From a virus, in IMG/VR virus record IMGVR_UViG_3300039310_000050, positions 1 through 64,000 of that record: a stretch of 64,000 nucleotides of DNA. One strand, 5' to 3'. Below are positions 27,414 through 37,292 of this stretch, piece by piece; position 1 is the stretch's first letter; every line of letters starts with the position of its first letter. The position numbers and the translations under genes are program-made. Under the pieces are notes generated by a model that did no database searches, was not told where the DNA came from, and saw nothing but the letters and a program-made list of their open reading frames with translations.

Positions 27414-29137
27414 AATTCTATCAATTCATCATCCACAGTTAATTCATCTACTCTTTTCCAACCAGTTTTAGTTAATAATTTATGGTTTGGAGTAAATTTA
27501 TATTTTTTACCATCTATACATTCAATTTCATATAAATCATCAATACCATTAATATATAATTTAGTTATTTCTTGTTCATTATTATTATCATCAAATACAT
27601 TTATTTTTACTTTTGGTATAATCCATTTTTCTTGACAAGTTTTTATATATGATAATGAATAACCATTTTTCATAAAAATTTCTAATAAAGATAATTCACC
27701 ATATTTAGTTTTAATAATTGTATCTAATGTAGTACATCCAGAAGGTTTAACACACGTGACCGCTACTGATTGATTAATACCTAAAAATTCAGCCCATATT
27801 TTATTAGTATCAACAGCCACTTGTCGAAATTCCTGTAATACTTCACTTAACTTATAATCTTTATTTTGTCCAGAAAGAATAGCATTATCTAAAATACCAG
27901 TAAGAGAAACACCAAGTAATCTTTCTTCTTCTGTATTCTCTTTCCATTTATCTGACAAATAACGGAACTTTGTAAGTGTAGATTGTAAAGTTCCTAATAT
28001 TGTGGCATATTTTATTTTTTGTTTAATGGATTCTACCGTGTCATTAGATCGGATAACAACCTCCGATAAATTACAAAACTGTTTATTACGGAGAATAATT
28101 TCACCACACGGATTCGTGCTAAATAAAATAGGTGTTTTATCATCATTTAAAACTTTTCTTCTTCCATTTTTACCAGCATGTTTTGTTAAAGCCGCTCTAT
28201 TTAAAATACCGCGCTCACCAGAATTACTTTTGAATAATGAGGACCATTCCTCCATAAACACTCCCATTGGAGGTTTTTCTGTATAAATTGCGCTATTATT
28301 TGCCAAGCGTCTATGTGGATTTGTTTTCCACCAATCACCTGATTTACAATCGCGCATACGCATATCTTCTAAATCTGATAATGAAATTAATGCAGATCTA
28401 CGAACACCGCCACTCACAACAATTTCGGCAATTTTACATACAATATCGTGACATTCAAGAGTAGTTAATTTTCTACCAGCAGCATTCTTAAATGTGGCCA
28501 CAGTAAATCGGAAAAGTTCTTCTAATGGCCCAGGTCCACTTGCTCTACCTCCAAATATTTTGAGGCGCGCGCCCATAGGTCGTAAAAGACTTGTATCCCA
28601 TTTAGGAACTTTACCCGTCCATAATAAAGCAAGCAATTCACGATAAGCAGTTGCCCATCCAATTTTAGAATCATCAACCACAATAGTTGTATTTGTCGGA
28701 TACATTTTAGGTGCTATTGTGGGCAGTTGACTTACATATTGTTTTTCTACTGAAAGCCCACAACCGGTTCCGCACATTAAAATGAACATCATTTCATCAA
28801 ATGTATGTGGATGATCTATACCTATAAAAGCACAATTATATCCTGCGCTGTTATCTTTTTCTAATGCTTCACCTGCGGTCATTAGGGCCCGCATGGACGG
28901 CATCACTTCAAGGTTCAATACGGCCTTATGGGCCTCTTGGAATTGGATTTCAAAAGGGCTTTGTTCATTTTCTCGGCTGCTATCTACAAATTTATCTTCT
29001 AATCTCTTTCCAAAAAAATCAAAATATCGTTCTACTGTTTCTAACCAATTTTCTCTCCTTTGTAAATCATCGCGCCAACGGGCATATCTTGAAAGATGAA
29101 TATATTCCTGGTAATCTGTAGGTAGATAATTCTGCAT
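27410..29137 (-). CDS. nrdJ: class II (B12-dependent) ribonucleotide reductase N-terminal part fused to split-intein N-fragment (108 aa)
   Basis: SRYARW, MPSMRALMTAG, YNCAF, GGVRRSALISL, TNPCGEI, FCNLSEV, CVKPSG|CTTLDT...FTPNHKLLT..GW. Confidence 0.93.
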   Translation of the reverse strand: MQNYLPTDYQEYIHLSRYARWRDDLQRRENWLETVERYFDFFGKRLEDKFVDSSRENEQSPFEIQFQEAHKAVLNLEVMPSMRALMTAGEALEKDNSAGYNCAFIGIDHPHTFDEMMFILMCGTGCGLSVEKQYVSQLPTIAPKMYPTNTTIVVDDSKIGWATAYRELLALLWTGKVPKWDTSLLRPMGARLKIFGGRASGPGPLEELFRFTVATFKNAAGRKLTTLECHDIVCKIAEIVVSGGVRRSALISLSDLEDMRMRDCKSGDWWKTNPHRRLANNSAIYTEKPPMGVFMEEWSSLFKSNSGERGILNRAALTKHAGKNGRRKVLNDDKTPILFSTNPCGEIILRNKQFCNLSEVVIRSNDTVESIKQKIKYATILGTLQSTLTKFRYLSDKWKENTEEERLLGVSLTGILDNAILSGQNKDYKLSEVLQEFRQVAVDTNKIWAEFLGINQSVAVTCVKPSGCTTLDTIIKTKYGELSLLEIFMKNGYSLSYIKTCQEKWIIPKVKINVFDDNNNEQEITKLYINGIDDLYEIECIDGKKYKFTPNHKLLTKTGWKRVDELTVDDELIEL

Positions 29138-29270
29138 TATTCCTTCTATTCTAAATTTCTAATTTTTCTTGTTATTAAAAAATCTATTGCTTCTGTCCAA
29201 CTCCAAAAAATATGAAGACTCCCAGATATTAGGAGATTCCATCGATTTTCTCTTTTGAAAATTTTGGGTT

Positions 29271-30281
29271 TCAACATCGTTTCCAATCTGCTAATGTAAT
29301 ATTCGCATTTAATCCCTGATAGGTATTATTTTCTATAATTTGTTCTGGATTCCTACCAGCTAATACCATATTGTTAATATCTTTTTCTTGAATTGTATCT
29401 GGCCAGATACAAATTTTTCTGCCTTCATTAATAACTTTTTCCATTTGTTTAACTATTTCCTTTGATCTCTTTTCATTATCAAAAATAAAAACACTATCTT
29501 TAAATTCCAATTCTTTGGATGCCAAATTAGATCCTGCGGTTGCTATTGCATTTGAAAGGAACATAGAATCAAAAGGTCCTTCAACAACGTAAACACATTT
29601 ATCTAAATTCACCCTATCTAATCCATAAATTTTTGGAGCTTCTTTATCAACTTTAATAGTTATATATCGCATTCCAGTTTTATTAAATGAGCGACCTTGG
29701 AAAGCAATAAGTTTATTTTCTTTATTATAAAATGGAATAACAAGTCTTGGATCTTGTTCTTTTAATCCATATTCATTTTCTGGTTCTATTTTGTTTACTA
29801 ATTGCTTAAAATTTGGAATAAAGAATATGCTTCGCCAAAAAAATTCTGGTATTTTCCTTTTAATGAGATATTCTTTAGCAAAATGATTGGAAGGTAACTT
29901 ATCAATACAATCGTAACTATCCAGAATAGAATCAGATTCGTCATGTGGTATTTGATGAAATTCTGTAGTGGTTTTAAATTCTGAAAAATCTTCATGGTCT
30001 TTTTTTACATCCTTATACTTTTCAAATGTATATTGTTCATACAAATTTTGGTCAATTTCTTTTAAGAAGTGACCTAATGTCCAATTTTTATGACAATTAT
30101 GGCAACAAAAAAATATATCATTATTTTTTACATAAAAGTAACCACGGGCTTTAATTTTACTTTTAGCTGAATCACCACAAATAGGACAACGAAAATTATA
30201 GGTTTTTTGATTTTTACGTTTGAATCGTTCTAATTGAGGAGAAATAAATGCAACGTATTTATGGTCAATATAAAGAGACAT
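29271..30281 (-). CDS. gp61: DNA primase gp61
   Basis: NFRCPICGDS, CHNC, RLVIPF, FQGR, VVEGPFDSMFL, DNE, KDINNM. Confidence 0.95.
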   Translation of the reverse strand: MSLYIDHKYVAFISPQLERFKRKNQKTYNFRCPICGDSAKSKIKARGYFYVKNNDIFFCCHNCHKNWTLGHFLKEIDQNLYEQYTFEKYKDVKKDHEDFSEFKTTTEFHQIPHDESDSILDSYDCIDKLPSNHFAKEYLIKRKIPEFFWRSIFFIPNFKQLVNKIEPENEYGLKEQDPRLVIPFYNKENKLIAFQGRSFNKTGMRYITIKVDKEAPKIYGLDRVNLDKCVYVVEGPFDSMFLSNAIATAGSNLASKELEFKDSVFIFDNEKRSKEIVKQMEKVINEGRKICIWPDTIQEKDINNMVLAGRNPEQIIENNTYQGLNANITLADWKRC

Positions 30282-30293
30282 TTAGAATTCGCG

Positions 30294-30432
30294 GGGCAGT
30301 TCAAAAATTAAGAAATCAACCGCATAAAAGCCATACGAACAACACGGTCCAAAGAATGCTTAACTTGACGACCAAGTCTGATTTCACCAGAAATCTACGC
30401 AGGCAGCGTAGCTCTTGTTTTTTAAACTGCCC
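30294..30432 (-). ncRNA. candidate structured RNA / 5' leader of primase
   Basis: 14-bp closing stem enclosing at least three hairpins, between the promoter and the ATG. Confidence 0.5.
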
Positions 30433-30442
30433 TTATTCTTCT

Positions 30443-30471
30443 ATTATATCAAATGTTGTATGGAATGTCAA
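30443..30471 (-). promoter_or_regulatory. sigma70-type early promoter
   Basis: TTGACA-17-TATAAT with TG. Confidence 0.85.
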
Positions 30472-30680
30472 GTATTATTTTAAAATTTTATTACATCCAG
30501 GGCAAGTCATTTCACCTTCCTTTAAACGCATAGGAAGCATACATTCTTCACAAACACCTAAAGATTTATAAACATTCCATGGTTTTACTTGGCGTCTTGT
30601 TCCACCTAACATTGGATCATACATAGCCATTCCAGCCCCAGTTGAAAGTCCTATATCTTCTTTGAGTTGTTTAAATTTTT

Positions 30681-31232
30681 TCATACATCATCCGAAATAT
30701 CATCTGTTGATACTAACAATTTTTGATTTTTATATTCTACTTCAAAAATTGGTTTATTAAATAAAACCATTTGTGGTTTTTGATCTATTGGTACAGTTAT
30801 AAAATTTCCTTTTTTAACTATCTTACCTTTATTATCCAACATATCATTTATTAATCGATATATTCCTTTATATAAAATTGTTTTAGATATTAATAAATCT
30901 TCCTCAAAAGCTTCATTAATATTCATATTACCAAATTCTTCTATAAACATTGAATCCATCGTATCTTCAGATTCTTTGAATAAAGCATAAATTGTTAAAT
31001 ATTTGGCTAATTTTGTTTTCCCACCAGGAAGAGATTCTATAAAACGTCGTAAATTAAAACAAAATTTTTGAAATGTTCCGTATGCAACTTTTTCAGTAGC
31101 GGTTTTTAATTGATGAGTTTTCTTTAATACTTTTCCACGAGCATCAATTATACCAAGCTTATACGCTGGCATTTCTGTCCAGGGTTTAACAAGTAAATTA
31201 ATCATTTGGAGCATCAAATAATATTCTAACAT
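30681..31232 (-). CDS. conserved T4-like hypothetical protein
   Basis: KPWTEMPAYKLGIIDARGKVLKK...FNLRR. Confidence 0.75.
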   Translation of the reverse strand: MLEYYLMLQMINLLVKPWTEMPAYKLGIIDARGKVLKKTHQLKTATEKVAYGTFQKFCFNLRRFIESLPGGKTKLAKYLTIYALFKESEDTMDSMFIEEFGNMNINEAFEEDLLISKTILYKGIYRLINDMLDNKGKIVKKGNFITVPIDQKPQMVLFNKPIFEVEYKNQKLLVSTDDISDDV

Positions 31233-31642
31233 AATTTCCCCAAAGTTTTTAATCTTTCTAAGATATCATCATGAATAATAATTTTTTTGGATACAATATC
31301 TTTCCCATTAATTCCATGAACTATTGCAGGTTGATAATTTAAGAAAATTAAAAAAGTTTTTAGTATAGGATAAAGAGCAGGTTCTAATTTAAAAAATAAA
31401 ATTCTTGTGGCCACTTGAATGGGAAACAAATTATAAAAAACAATCAAATGATTTAATGCCAATCTAAGCCTTGCATCATCAATTTCCCCAATTTCGTTAT
31501 ATTTTCGAAACAGGCGTTTCAAATATTTGATTTTTAATAAATCATAATAAAATTCTGATATGCCACGCCAACAAAAATGGATATATGAAGACATGGCATA
31601 TTCAAGAAAGTTATTATTAGTTAAATTCTCTTTATCAATCAT
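31226..31642 (-). CDS. conserved T4-like hypothetical protein
   Basis: KYLKRLF, LALNHLIVFYNLF, LKTFLIFLNY. Confidence 0.75.
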   Translation of the reverse strand: MIDKENLTNNNFLEYAMSSYIHFCWRGISEFYYDLLKIKYLKRLFRKYNEIGEIDDARLRLALNHLIVFYNLFPIQVATRILFFKLEPALYPILKTFLIFLNYQPAIVHGINGKDIVSKKIIIHDDILERLKTLGKLC

Positions 31643-31660
31643 TCATAATTATTTAGTACA

Positions 31661-32179
31661 TTAAGCAATTGTTCCTTTAGGAAGATCGGGGGCCGGAACA
31701 ATTTCAACATTTATATACCATAATGTTTTACTTTTTAAATATTGGACTTTAAGTACCAACCCATGAGGAAATTTATTTAAATACCCATTATCAATTACAT
31801 CTCCACCGGGAGCAGGCGCATGTGTATGAACTCCTGGACTTGTTGTTTGATCATTAGTGGTTCTAAATGCAGGAGTAGCAGCATTTAAATTATTATGAGG
31901 AACTAATACTTTTTCAAATGACCCAACTTCTTTTAAAAACCAAACATCGTCAAATGTTAATCCTAATGCCAATTTCAAACGTTCTCTTACCCGATCTAAT
32001 TGATAATATGGATTAATTGATGGTGCTTCAGCAATGCCAACCAATACACTATTAATATGCCGTAATAAAGCTTCTTGTTCAGAAGTATTCAATCCCGTCA
32101 CCACATTGCCAGGTGACGGGATTGAAGGATTTGTATTATCTTCTTTTAAAAAAGATTGGAATTTTTTATTTAAATTCAT
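31661..32179 (-). CDS. hypothetical, possible virion-internal protein
   Basis: N-terminal KKFQSFLKE resembles the T4 capsid-targeting sequence. Confidence 0.6.
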   Translation of the reverse strand: MNLNKKFQSFLKEDNTNPSIPSPGNVVTGLNTSEQEALLRHINSVLVGIAEAPSINPYYQLDRVRERLKLALGLTFDDVWFLKEVGSFEKVLVPHNNLNAATPAFRTTNDQTTSPGVHTHAPAPGGDVIDNGYLNKFPHGLVLKVQYLKSKTLWYINVEIVPAPDLPKGTIA

Positions 32180-32188
32180 ATTTCACCC

Positions 32189-33721
32189 TTAATTTACGTA
32201 ATCATTAGTAGTTGCAGGAGGAGTAAATATTAATGAAGTTGGAGCATTTCCAGCATCATCAAGAATTGATGCTCCACCATGTAACAATACTGGTGAAACA
32301 ACATCAACTCCACCAGCCGTTGCTTTATCACTACCAGTAATTGTATAATTGAATGTTAATATGGTTGTATTACTGATACCAGATGTTCCAGCACTTGCAA
32401 ATCTAGTTTGTATGGTTTCAGCACCGGTTCCACTTGAAGAATGGAATTGTAATTCAATACCTGTGGTTCCTGCACTACCAAGTATTAATGTAACTGGTTT
32501 ATTAAATGTGGCAATAACTGAAGCCGCAGCCATACCGGCTGTTCCAGATGTTCCACCATTTGTAAAATGGATACCATCTTCAAGTGTTATTGCAAATGTT
32601 GGTACAGAACCATCAATAATTTGAGAAGCGATACCTGCCGGTTGTGTAAATGTTAATGAAGGTGCTAAACTACTAGCATCCAATAATGTTCCACCATTTA
32701 AATTAATTGGAGATACTAATGAAACTGTTCCTGGAGATCCATGGTCACCAGATACAACAGTATAATTAAATACTAATGCATCGGTTGTAGAACCAGAAGC
32801 ATAACCAGCAGTCCGAGCAGAACCATTAACATTAATTACAATATTAGGAGTGCCTGTTACTGTAATTGGACGATCAAATGTGGCTGTAAGAACAACTTGA
32901 GCACCTAAATCATATGCAGAGGCCCCAAATGCCACTGAACAATTACCTGGAACTGTTGATGAAATTGTGATATCAGATAATTGTGTATTTGTTGCATTTA
33001 ATATACCACTAGCACTTGTTGTAATATCCTGAATACCAGCAGTTCCACTAGTTGAAAATGTTCCTGCCGTTTCAACTACAATAAGTGTACCTGAAGTTGA
33101 AGAAGATGGTGTATAACCTACAACATATCCTTGTGCAGAACCAATACCACATGACATAGCATTATTTACAGCAAAATGTCCTTGAACACCCGATAATGAT
33201 AATAAAAGTGTTCTTGGAATTCCAGTTATTGTAACTGGAGTTGTTGTCCCAAGCTTATAAATATGACCACTTAAATGTATTTGACTATCTACACTAATAT
33301 TTCCTGGTGTAGCTGCATCGGAAGATTGTAATTGATATACAAATAATAATGTAGCAGTATTAAGTCCAAAACTCGTTTGAACATATACAGCATTTCTTAC
33401 AACACCATTAATTGTTACTTCAAGATATGGTGAACCAACATCCGGAACTACTGTTACTTGTGCATCAAATCTTACTGCAAAAGTTAAATAATCTCCTGTA
33501 TGAAAACTTGTTCGTAAATCTGGTAATACATCACCAGAAGCCGCAATAAATGCTCTATAAAGAACACAGGATTCTATAACAGGTGATGCTATTGGTGAAG
33601 GTTTATTTGATGATCCAAATGTTTCTAATATTTCATTTGTTACGGGATGTACCCAACCATCAATCCCTGGAACTGCATGTGGCGCAAATTTTGGTGCGCT
33701 AGTTTTTGTCCAAAGTGACAT
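32189..33721 (-). CDS. virion surface protein with three Ig-like repeats
   Basis: Gly/Ser/Thr-rich; repeated (A/R)TFD.PVTV...R.A.Y..G..T..L.F.Y.V...D units. Confidence 0.7.
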   Translation of the reverse strand: MSLWTKTSAPKFAPHAVPGIDGWVHPVTNEILETFGSSNKPSPIASPVIESCVLYRAFIAASGDVLPDLRTSFHTGDYLTFAVRFDAQVTVVPDVGSPYLEVTINGVVRNAVYVQTSFGLNTATLLFVYQLQSSDAATPGNISVDSQIHLSGHIYKLGTTTPVTITGIPRTLLLSLSGVQGHFAVNNAMSCGIGSAQGYVVGYTPSSSTSGTLIVVETAGTFSTSGTAGIQDITTSASGILNATNTQLSDITISSTVPGNCSVAFGASAYDLGAQVVLTATFDRPITVTGTPNIVINVNGSARTAGYASGSTTDALVFNYTVVSGDHGSPGTVSLVSPINLNGGTLLDASSLAPSLTFTQPAGIASQIIDGSVPTFAITLEDGIHFTNGGTSGTAGMAAASVIATFNKPVTLILGSAGTTGIELQFHSSSGTGAETIQTRFASAGTSGISNTTILTFNYTITGSDKATAGGVDVVSPVLLHGGASILDDAGNAPTSLIFTPPATTNDYVN

Positions 33722-33732
33722 TCTAATTCTCC

Positions 33733-34350
33733 TTAAATTTTTGTAATTTTATCCGGCTCAGCTATTTTTTCAGGTTCAACAACCGGATTAAAGGTGATTT
33801 TTTCTCTTTTTTTACCACCTTTTTCTTCTTTTTCTTTTTCTCTATCATTAGGATCAAATTCATTAAAATCTTTTAAAGTCTTTTTTTCTTCTTCCAATTC
33901 TTCCTCTAAAGCTTCATTATGCATTTTCCAAGCCTTACTATAGAGAACTTCTTTTCCTTTTTCGGCTCCATATTCCTTTTCAAATCTTCCTTTATTAGAC
34001 TTAATCCAATGTTCTATTTTAGGATCGGGGGGAGAAACTTCATTCATGATAGATTCTTGGATTTTTTTCTCTTTTTCTAATTCCTCATTATGCATTGTCC
34101 AGGCTTTAGCATAAAGGACTTCTTTTCCCTTTTCAGCCCCATATTCTTTTTCAAATCTTCCTTTATTAGCTTTAATCCATTTTTCAATTTTTGGATTAGG
34201 AGGTGAAACTTCATTTAAAGGATTTTTTCCTTCTAAAATATTTTGAACTTTTTTAACTAATGATTCTGATAATGAAAAATCATCATAATTACCAGTAATA
34301 TCTGTTACATACATAACATCTTCCCCTTTAAAGTATTTATGATTCCACAA
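33733..34350 (-). CDS. hypothetical protein with internal tandem duplication
   Basis: NEVSPP.PKIE.WIK.NKGRFEKEYGAEKGKEVLY.KAW.MHNE occurs twice. Confidence 0.75.
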   Translation of the reverse strand: MWNHKYFKGEDVMYVTDITGNYDDFSLSESLVKKVQNILEGKNPLNEVSPPNPKIEKWIKANKGRFEKEYGAEKGKEVLYAKAWTMHNEELEKEKKIQESIMNEVSPPDPKIEHWIKSNKGRFEKEYGAEKGKEVLYSKAWKMHNEALEEELEEEKKTLKDFNEFDPNDREKEKEEKGGKKREKITFNPVVEPEKIAEPDKITKI

Positions 34351-34793
34351 TGTTCATCAATTGTTTTATAAGTGATTTTATCAAATAATTTAATTTCCTT
34401 TAATAAATCTTCCATTTCTAATCCTAAAATCCAAGAATCAATTGAAGCATTTTCATCACGATTTAAAATAGCTAACCAAGTATGATTTCCATCCAATACA
34501 TATAAATCAGATGAAACTAATAGAGGTTTTTCACGGGCTTCAATAGGCATAGAAACCATCCATTCTTTTACTTTATCATGGTTGATTTCATTTTGAGCGG
34601 CAAGAAGTTGATTTGCAGGAATTTTTACTCTTTGAATAGAAATATTACGAAGATCTAATAAACGCAAAAATTCTGGATAATTTTCTTTCTTGATTTGGGG
34701 CATTTGAAATCGTGGAATATTTAAATGCCCACGCGGAATAATAAGGTCTTTAGATTCAAGGATTATTTCCCGAATCCTTGATAAAGTTTTCAT
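34305..34793 (-). CDS. ParB/Srx-like domain protein
   Basis: MPQI, QNEINHDKV, PLLVSSDLYVLDGNH. Confidence 0.75.
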   Translation of the reverse strand: MKTLSRIREIILESKDLIIPRGHLNIPRFQMPQIKKENYPEFLRLLDLRNISIQRVKIPANQLLAAQNEINHDKVKEWMVSMPIEAREKPLLVSSDLYVLDGNHTWLAILNRDENASIDSWILGLEMEDLLKEIKLFDKITYKTIDEHCGIINTLKGKMLCM

Positions 34794-35855
34794 TTAATGT
34801 CTTACACATTCCTTAATTAATTGGACAGTTTCATGAAGACCTAATTTATCTAAAGGATATGCAGGTGGAGGGTTATTATTATTTTCTTCATGATATCCAC
34901 TTCGCATATGTTGTTTGGCTTTTTTACGAGCTACAGCATCACGTAATGACATATCTGAAGAACCTGGTTTATAAATTCCATTACCAGTCGTATGAGATCC
35001 ATTAAGGCCTAAATGTCCAGCGGTTCTTTCAGCATCTTTTTGGTTTGTAAATTCATAAGGAAGAAGCTTTTTAGTTTCTCTTTCTTTTTCTTCCGCTTTC
35101 TTTTTATCGGCAGCTTTTTTCTTCTTTTCATATTGTAACCGATTATCATTTTGTTTTTGACCAGAAGCTTTTTGTTCTTGAGATTTTTGGTCTTTTGTTT
35201 CTGATGATTGTTGTCGGTTATAATCAGATGGTTGGTTTGCTTCTTCAATCCTTTTTTCTTTATCAGTTTCACCTTCACGATCAGGCGCACCAGGAAGGAT
35301 TGCTTGTTCCCAATGTGTTTTCCAAGGATTCCCACCACCATCTTCTTTGAGGTGTTTAAAGTATTCAACCTGCGCCTCTCTCTTTTTGGCTCCAGCTTTA
35401 GAATGATAAGTACCAAGATTTTTTCCAGATTTTTTGGATTTTAATTCAAATGAAGAACCTTTTTTAACAATATGTTCATCAAGAGAATCTTTTACATCTT
35501 TACTTCCATCATTGTATGGACAACACACTGGGCATTGAACCAGATGGTATCCATCTTCAGAAGGAGTATCTACTTCAGCTTGTACCCAAAGTGAATGCAG
35601 TGGTTCAACCATACAAGCTTTAGATACGGGGCACCAACCTGTTCCTTCGCAATAATCACAACCATTATGAGTTCCGAAAACCACTTCCCGATCTTCAGAT
35701 AAATTAAATTCATCTTGAAAATATTTGTGCTGTTTTTCTTTTTCCTTCATTTCGCAATAATGGGAAAATGAATAAGATGGAGCGGTATGAATGTTCTCCA
35801 TTACATGTTCATTTGCCAATCTATCCCCGAAATTTGTATCTCGTGCCAATTTCAT
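34794..35855 (-). CDS. multi-module hypothetical protein
   Basis: CDYCEGTG...CPVC zinc motif; EHIVKKG...KNLGTY..KAGAKKREAQVEYFKH module. Confidence 0.7.
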   Translation of the reverse strand: MKLARDTNFGDRLANEHVMENIHTAPSYSFSHYCEMKEKEKQHKYFQDEFNLSEDREVVFGTHNGCDYCEGTGWCPVSKACMVEPLHSLWVQAEVDTPSEDGYHLVQCPVCCPYNDGSKDVKDSLDEHIVKKGSSFELKSKKSGKNLGTYHSKAGAKKREAQVEYFKHLKEDGGGNPWKTHWEQAILPGAPDREGETDKEKRIEEANQPSDYNRQQSSETKDQKSQEQKASGQKQNDNRLQYEKKKKAADKKKAEEKERETKKLLPYEFTNQKDAERTAGHLGLNGSHTTGNGIYKPGSSDMSLRDAVARKKAKQHMRSGYHEENNNNPPPAYPLDKLGLHETVQLIKECVRH

Positions 35856-35987
35856 GAGAGTTCTCCTACTTCTATGATTACACTACTATTTATCAATTCT
35901 CAATATTCAATAAATAGTAATAGGACCAAGTAGTGTCATTAGCACCACATGGTCCCTAAACAAAGCAATAGAAAGGTTCTATCGCAT

Positions 35988-36617
35988 ATGTCTAAAAATA
36001 TTTATCTCATTTACAAACATACAAGTCCTTCAGGAAAATCTTATATCGGATATACGTATAAAACAATTGAAGAAAGATGGAAAATACATCTAAATGATTC
36101 AAAGCGGGGATTAAGAAAATTTCATAAAGCAATCCTAAAATACCCCAATGAAAATCAATGGCTTCATAAAGTCCTAATTAATAATATTCTGACCCTACAA
36201 GAAGCCAAGAAATTAGAAATTGAAATGATTGCGAAGTATGATACTTATCATAACGGATATAATATGACTCCTGGTGGAGATGGTTCGGGACATATATCCG
36301 AAAAAACAAAACAAAAAATGTCAGAAATACATAAAGGTAAAATTCCCTGGAATAAAGGAAAGAAAGGATTACAAATGGCTTGGAATAAAGGAATAAAATG
36401 TTCTAAAGAAACAAGAAAAAAAATTTCAAAATCTTTAATTGGAAATAAAAGAAATGTTGGACGAAAACATTCTCAAGAAAGTAGAAAGAATATGTCTTTG
36501 GCCGCTATGGGGAATAAAAGTCATTTAGGATTTAAACATTCAAAAGAAACCAAACAAAAAATGTCTCAATCACATTATATTTACTTATCCAGGAGACCAG
36601 AAACGGTATCCAAGTAA
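35988..36617 (+). mobile_element. GIY-YIG homing endonuclease with NUMOD3 repeats, opposite to the local gene flow
   Basis: LIYKHTSPSGKSYIGYT, GYNMTPGG, PWNKG, HSKETKQKMS. Confidence 0.9.
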
Positions 36618-37138
36618 AGTGACCTATTTTGTTCCAAATTGGTCCCCAATACAATGGAATTGAAAGTCTCAAAGTCACCGGCTTTAGCGGCCTCTCGTGC
36701 TTGAGTGGCATTCATATCATTCACAGGACCACGAGGTAATCCAAATTGACGGAAAATTAATTCTTGAACACCGGGAATCCTTTTCTTTGGATCTTTATGA
36801 TTGATATATTGTTTCCATGTTTCATATTTCTTCAATTGATCTGAACCACAATAAAAAATTACTCTTTCATAACCAGCATCTCCTAATTGGCAAACTGCAA
36901 GAAATGGATTATTTACAGGATTTACTCCTCTCGAAATTGTAAGACCACATTTCCACAAATAATCTTGACGAGCTTGAAAAGAAAGAGGATTATTTTTATG
37001 ATCTTGCTTAGGAGAAATGAAAATACTAACAGGACAATTCCATATTTTATCAGCTTCAGTTTGCATTGCCCAAAATAATTCACCATGAGCACGTGTAGGT
37101 GGTTGGAATCTTCCATAAGTGACTACAATAGTTTTCAT
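36581..37138 (-). CDS. cytidyltransferase-like (HIGH-class) nucleotidyltransferase
   Basis: VVTYGRFQPPTRAH, NPLSF, GSD, MNATQAREAA..GDF. Confidence 0.85.
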   Translation of the reverse strand: MKTIVVTYGRFQPPTRAHGELFWAMQTEADKIWNCPVSIFISPKQDHKNNPLSFQARQDYLWKCGLTISRGVNPVNNPFLAVCQLGDAGYERVIFYCGSDQLKKYETWKQYINHKDPKKRIPGVQELIFRQFGLPRGPVNDMNATQAREAAKAGDFETFNSIVLGTNLEQNRSLYLDTVSGLLDK

Positions 37139-37292
37139 GATTAATTCTCGTATGTAGTCCACTTTTCATTTAATTTAAATTCCCGCTCATCAATTACCTT
37201 TTTCAACCAAATAGCCAATTGATATTCATTATCTGTCAACGGGCGCCTTAATATTTCAATACTACGTAACATACTTCGGAGCTTTTCAATTT

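Noticed and set aside
33910-34215. CRISPR or DGR repeat
   Set aside because: It is a two-copy in-frame coding duplication with scattered, largely synonymous changes; there are no spacers and no reverse transcriptase in the window.
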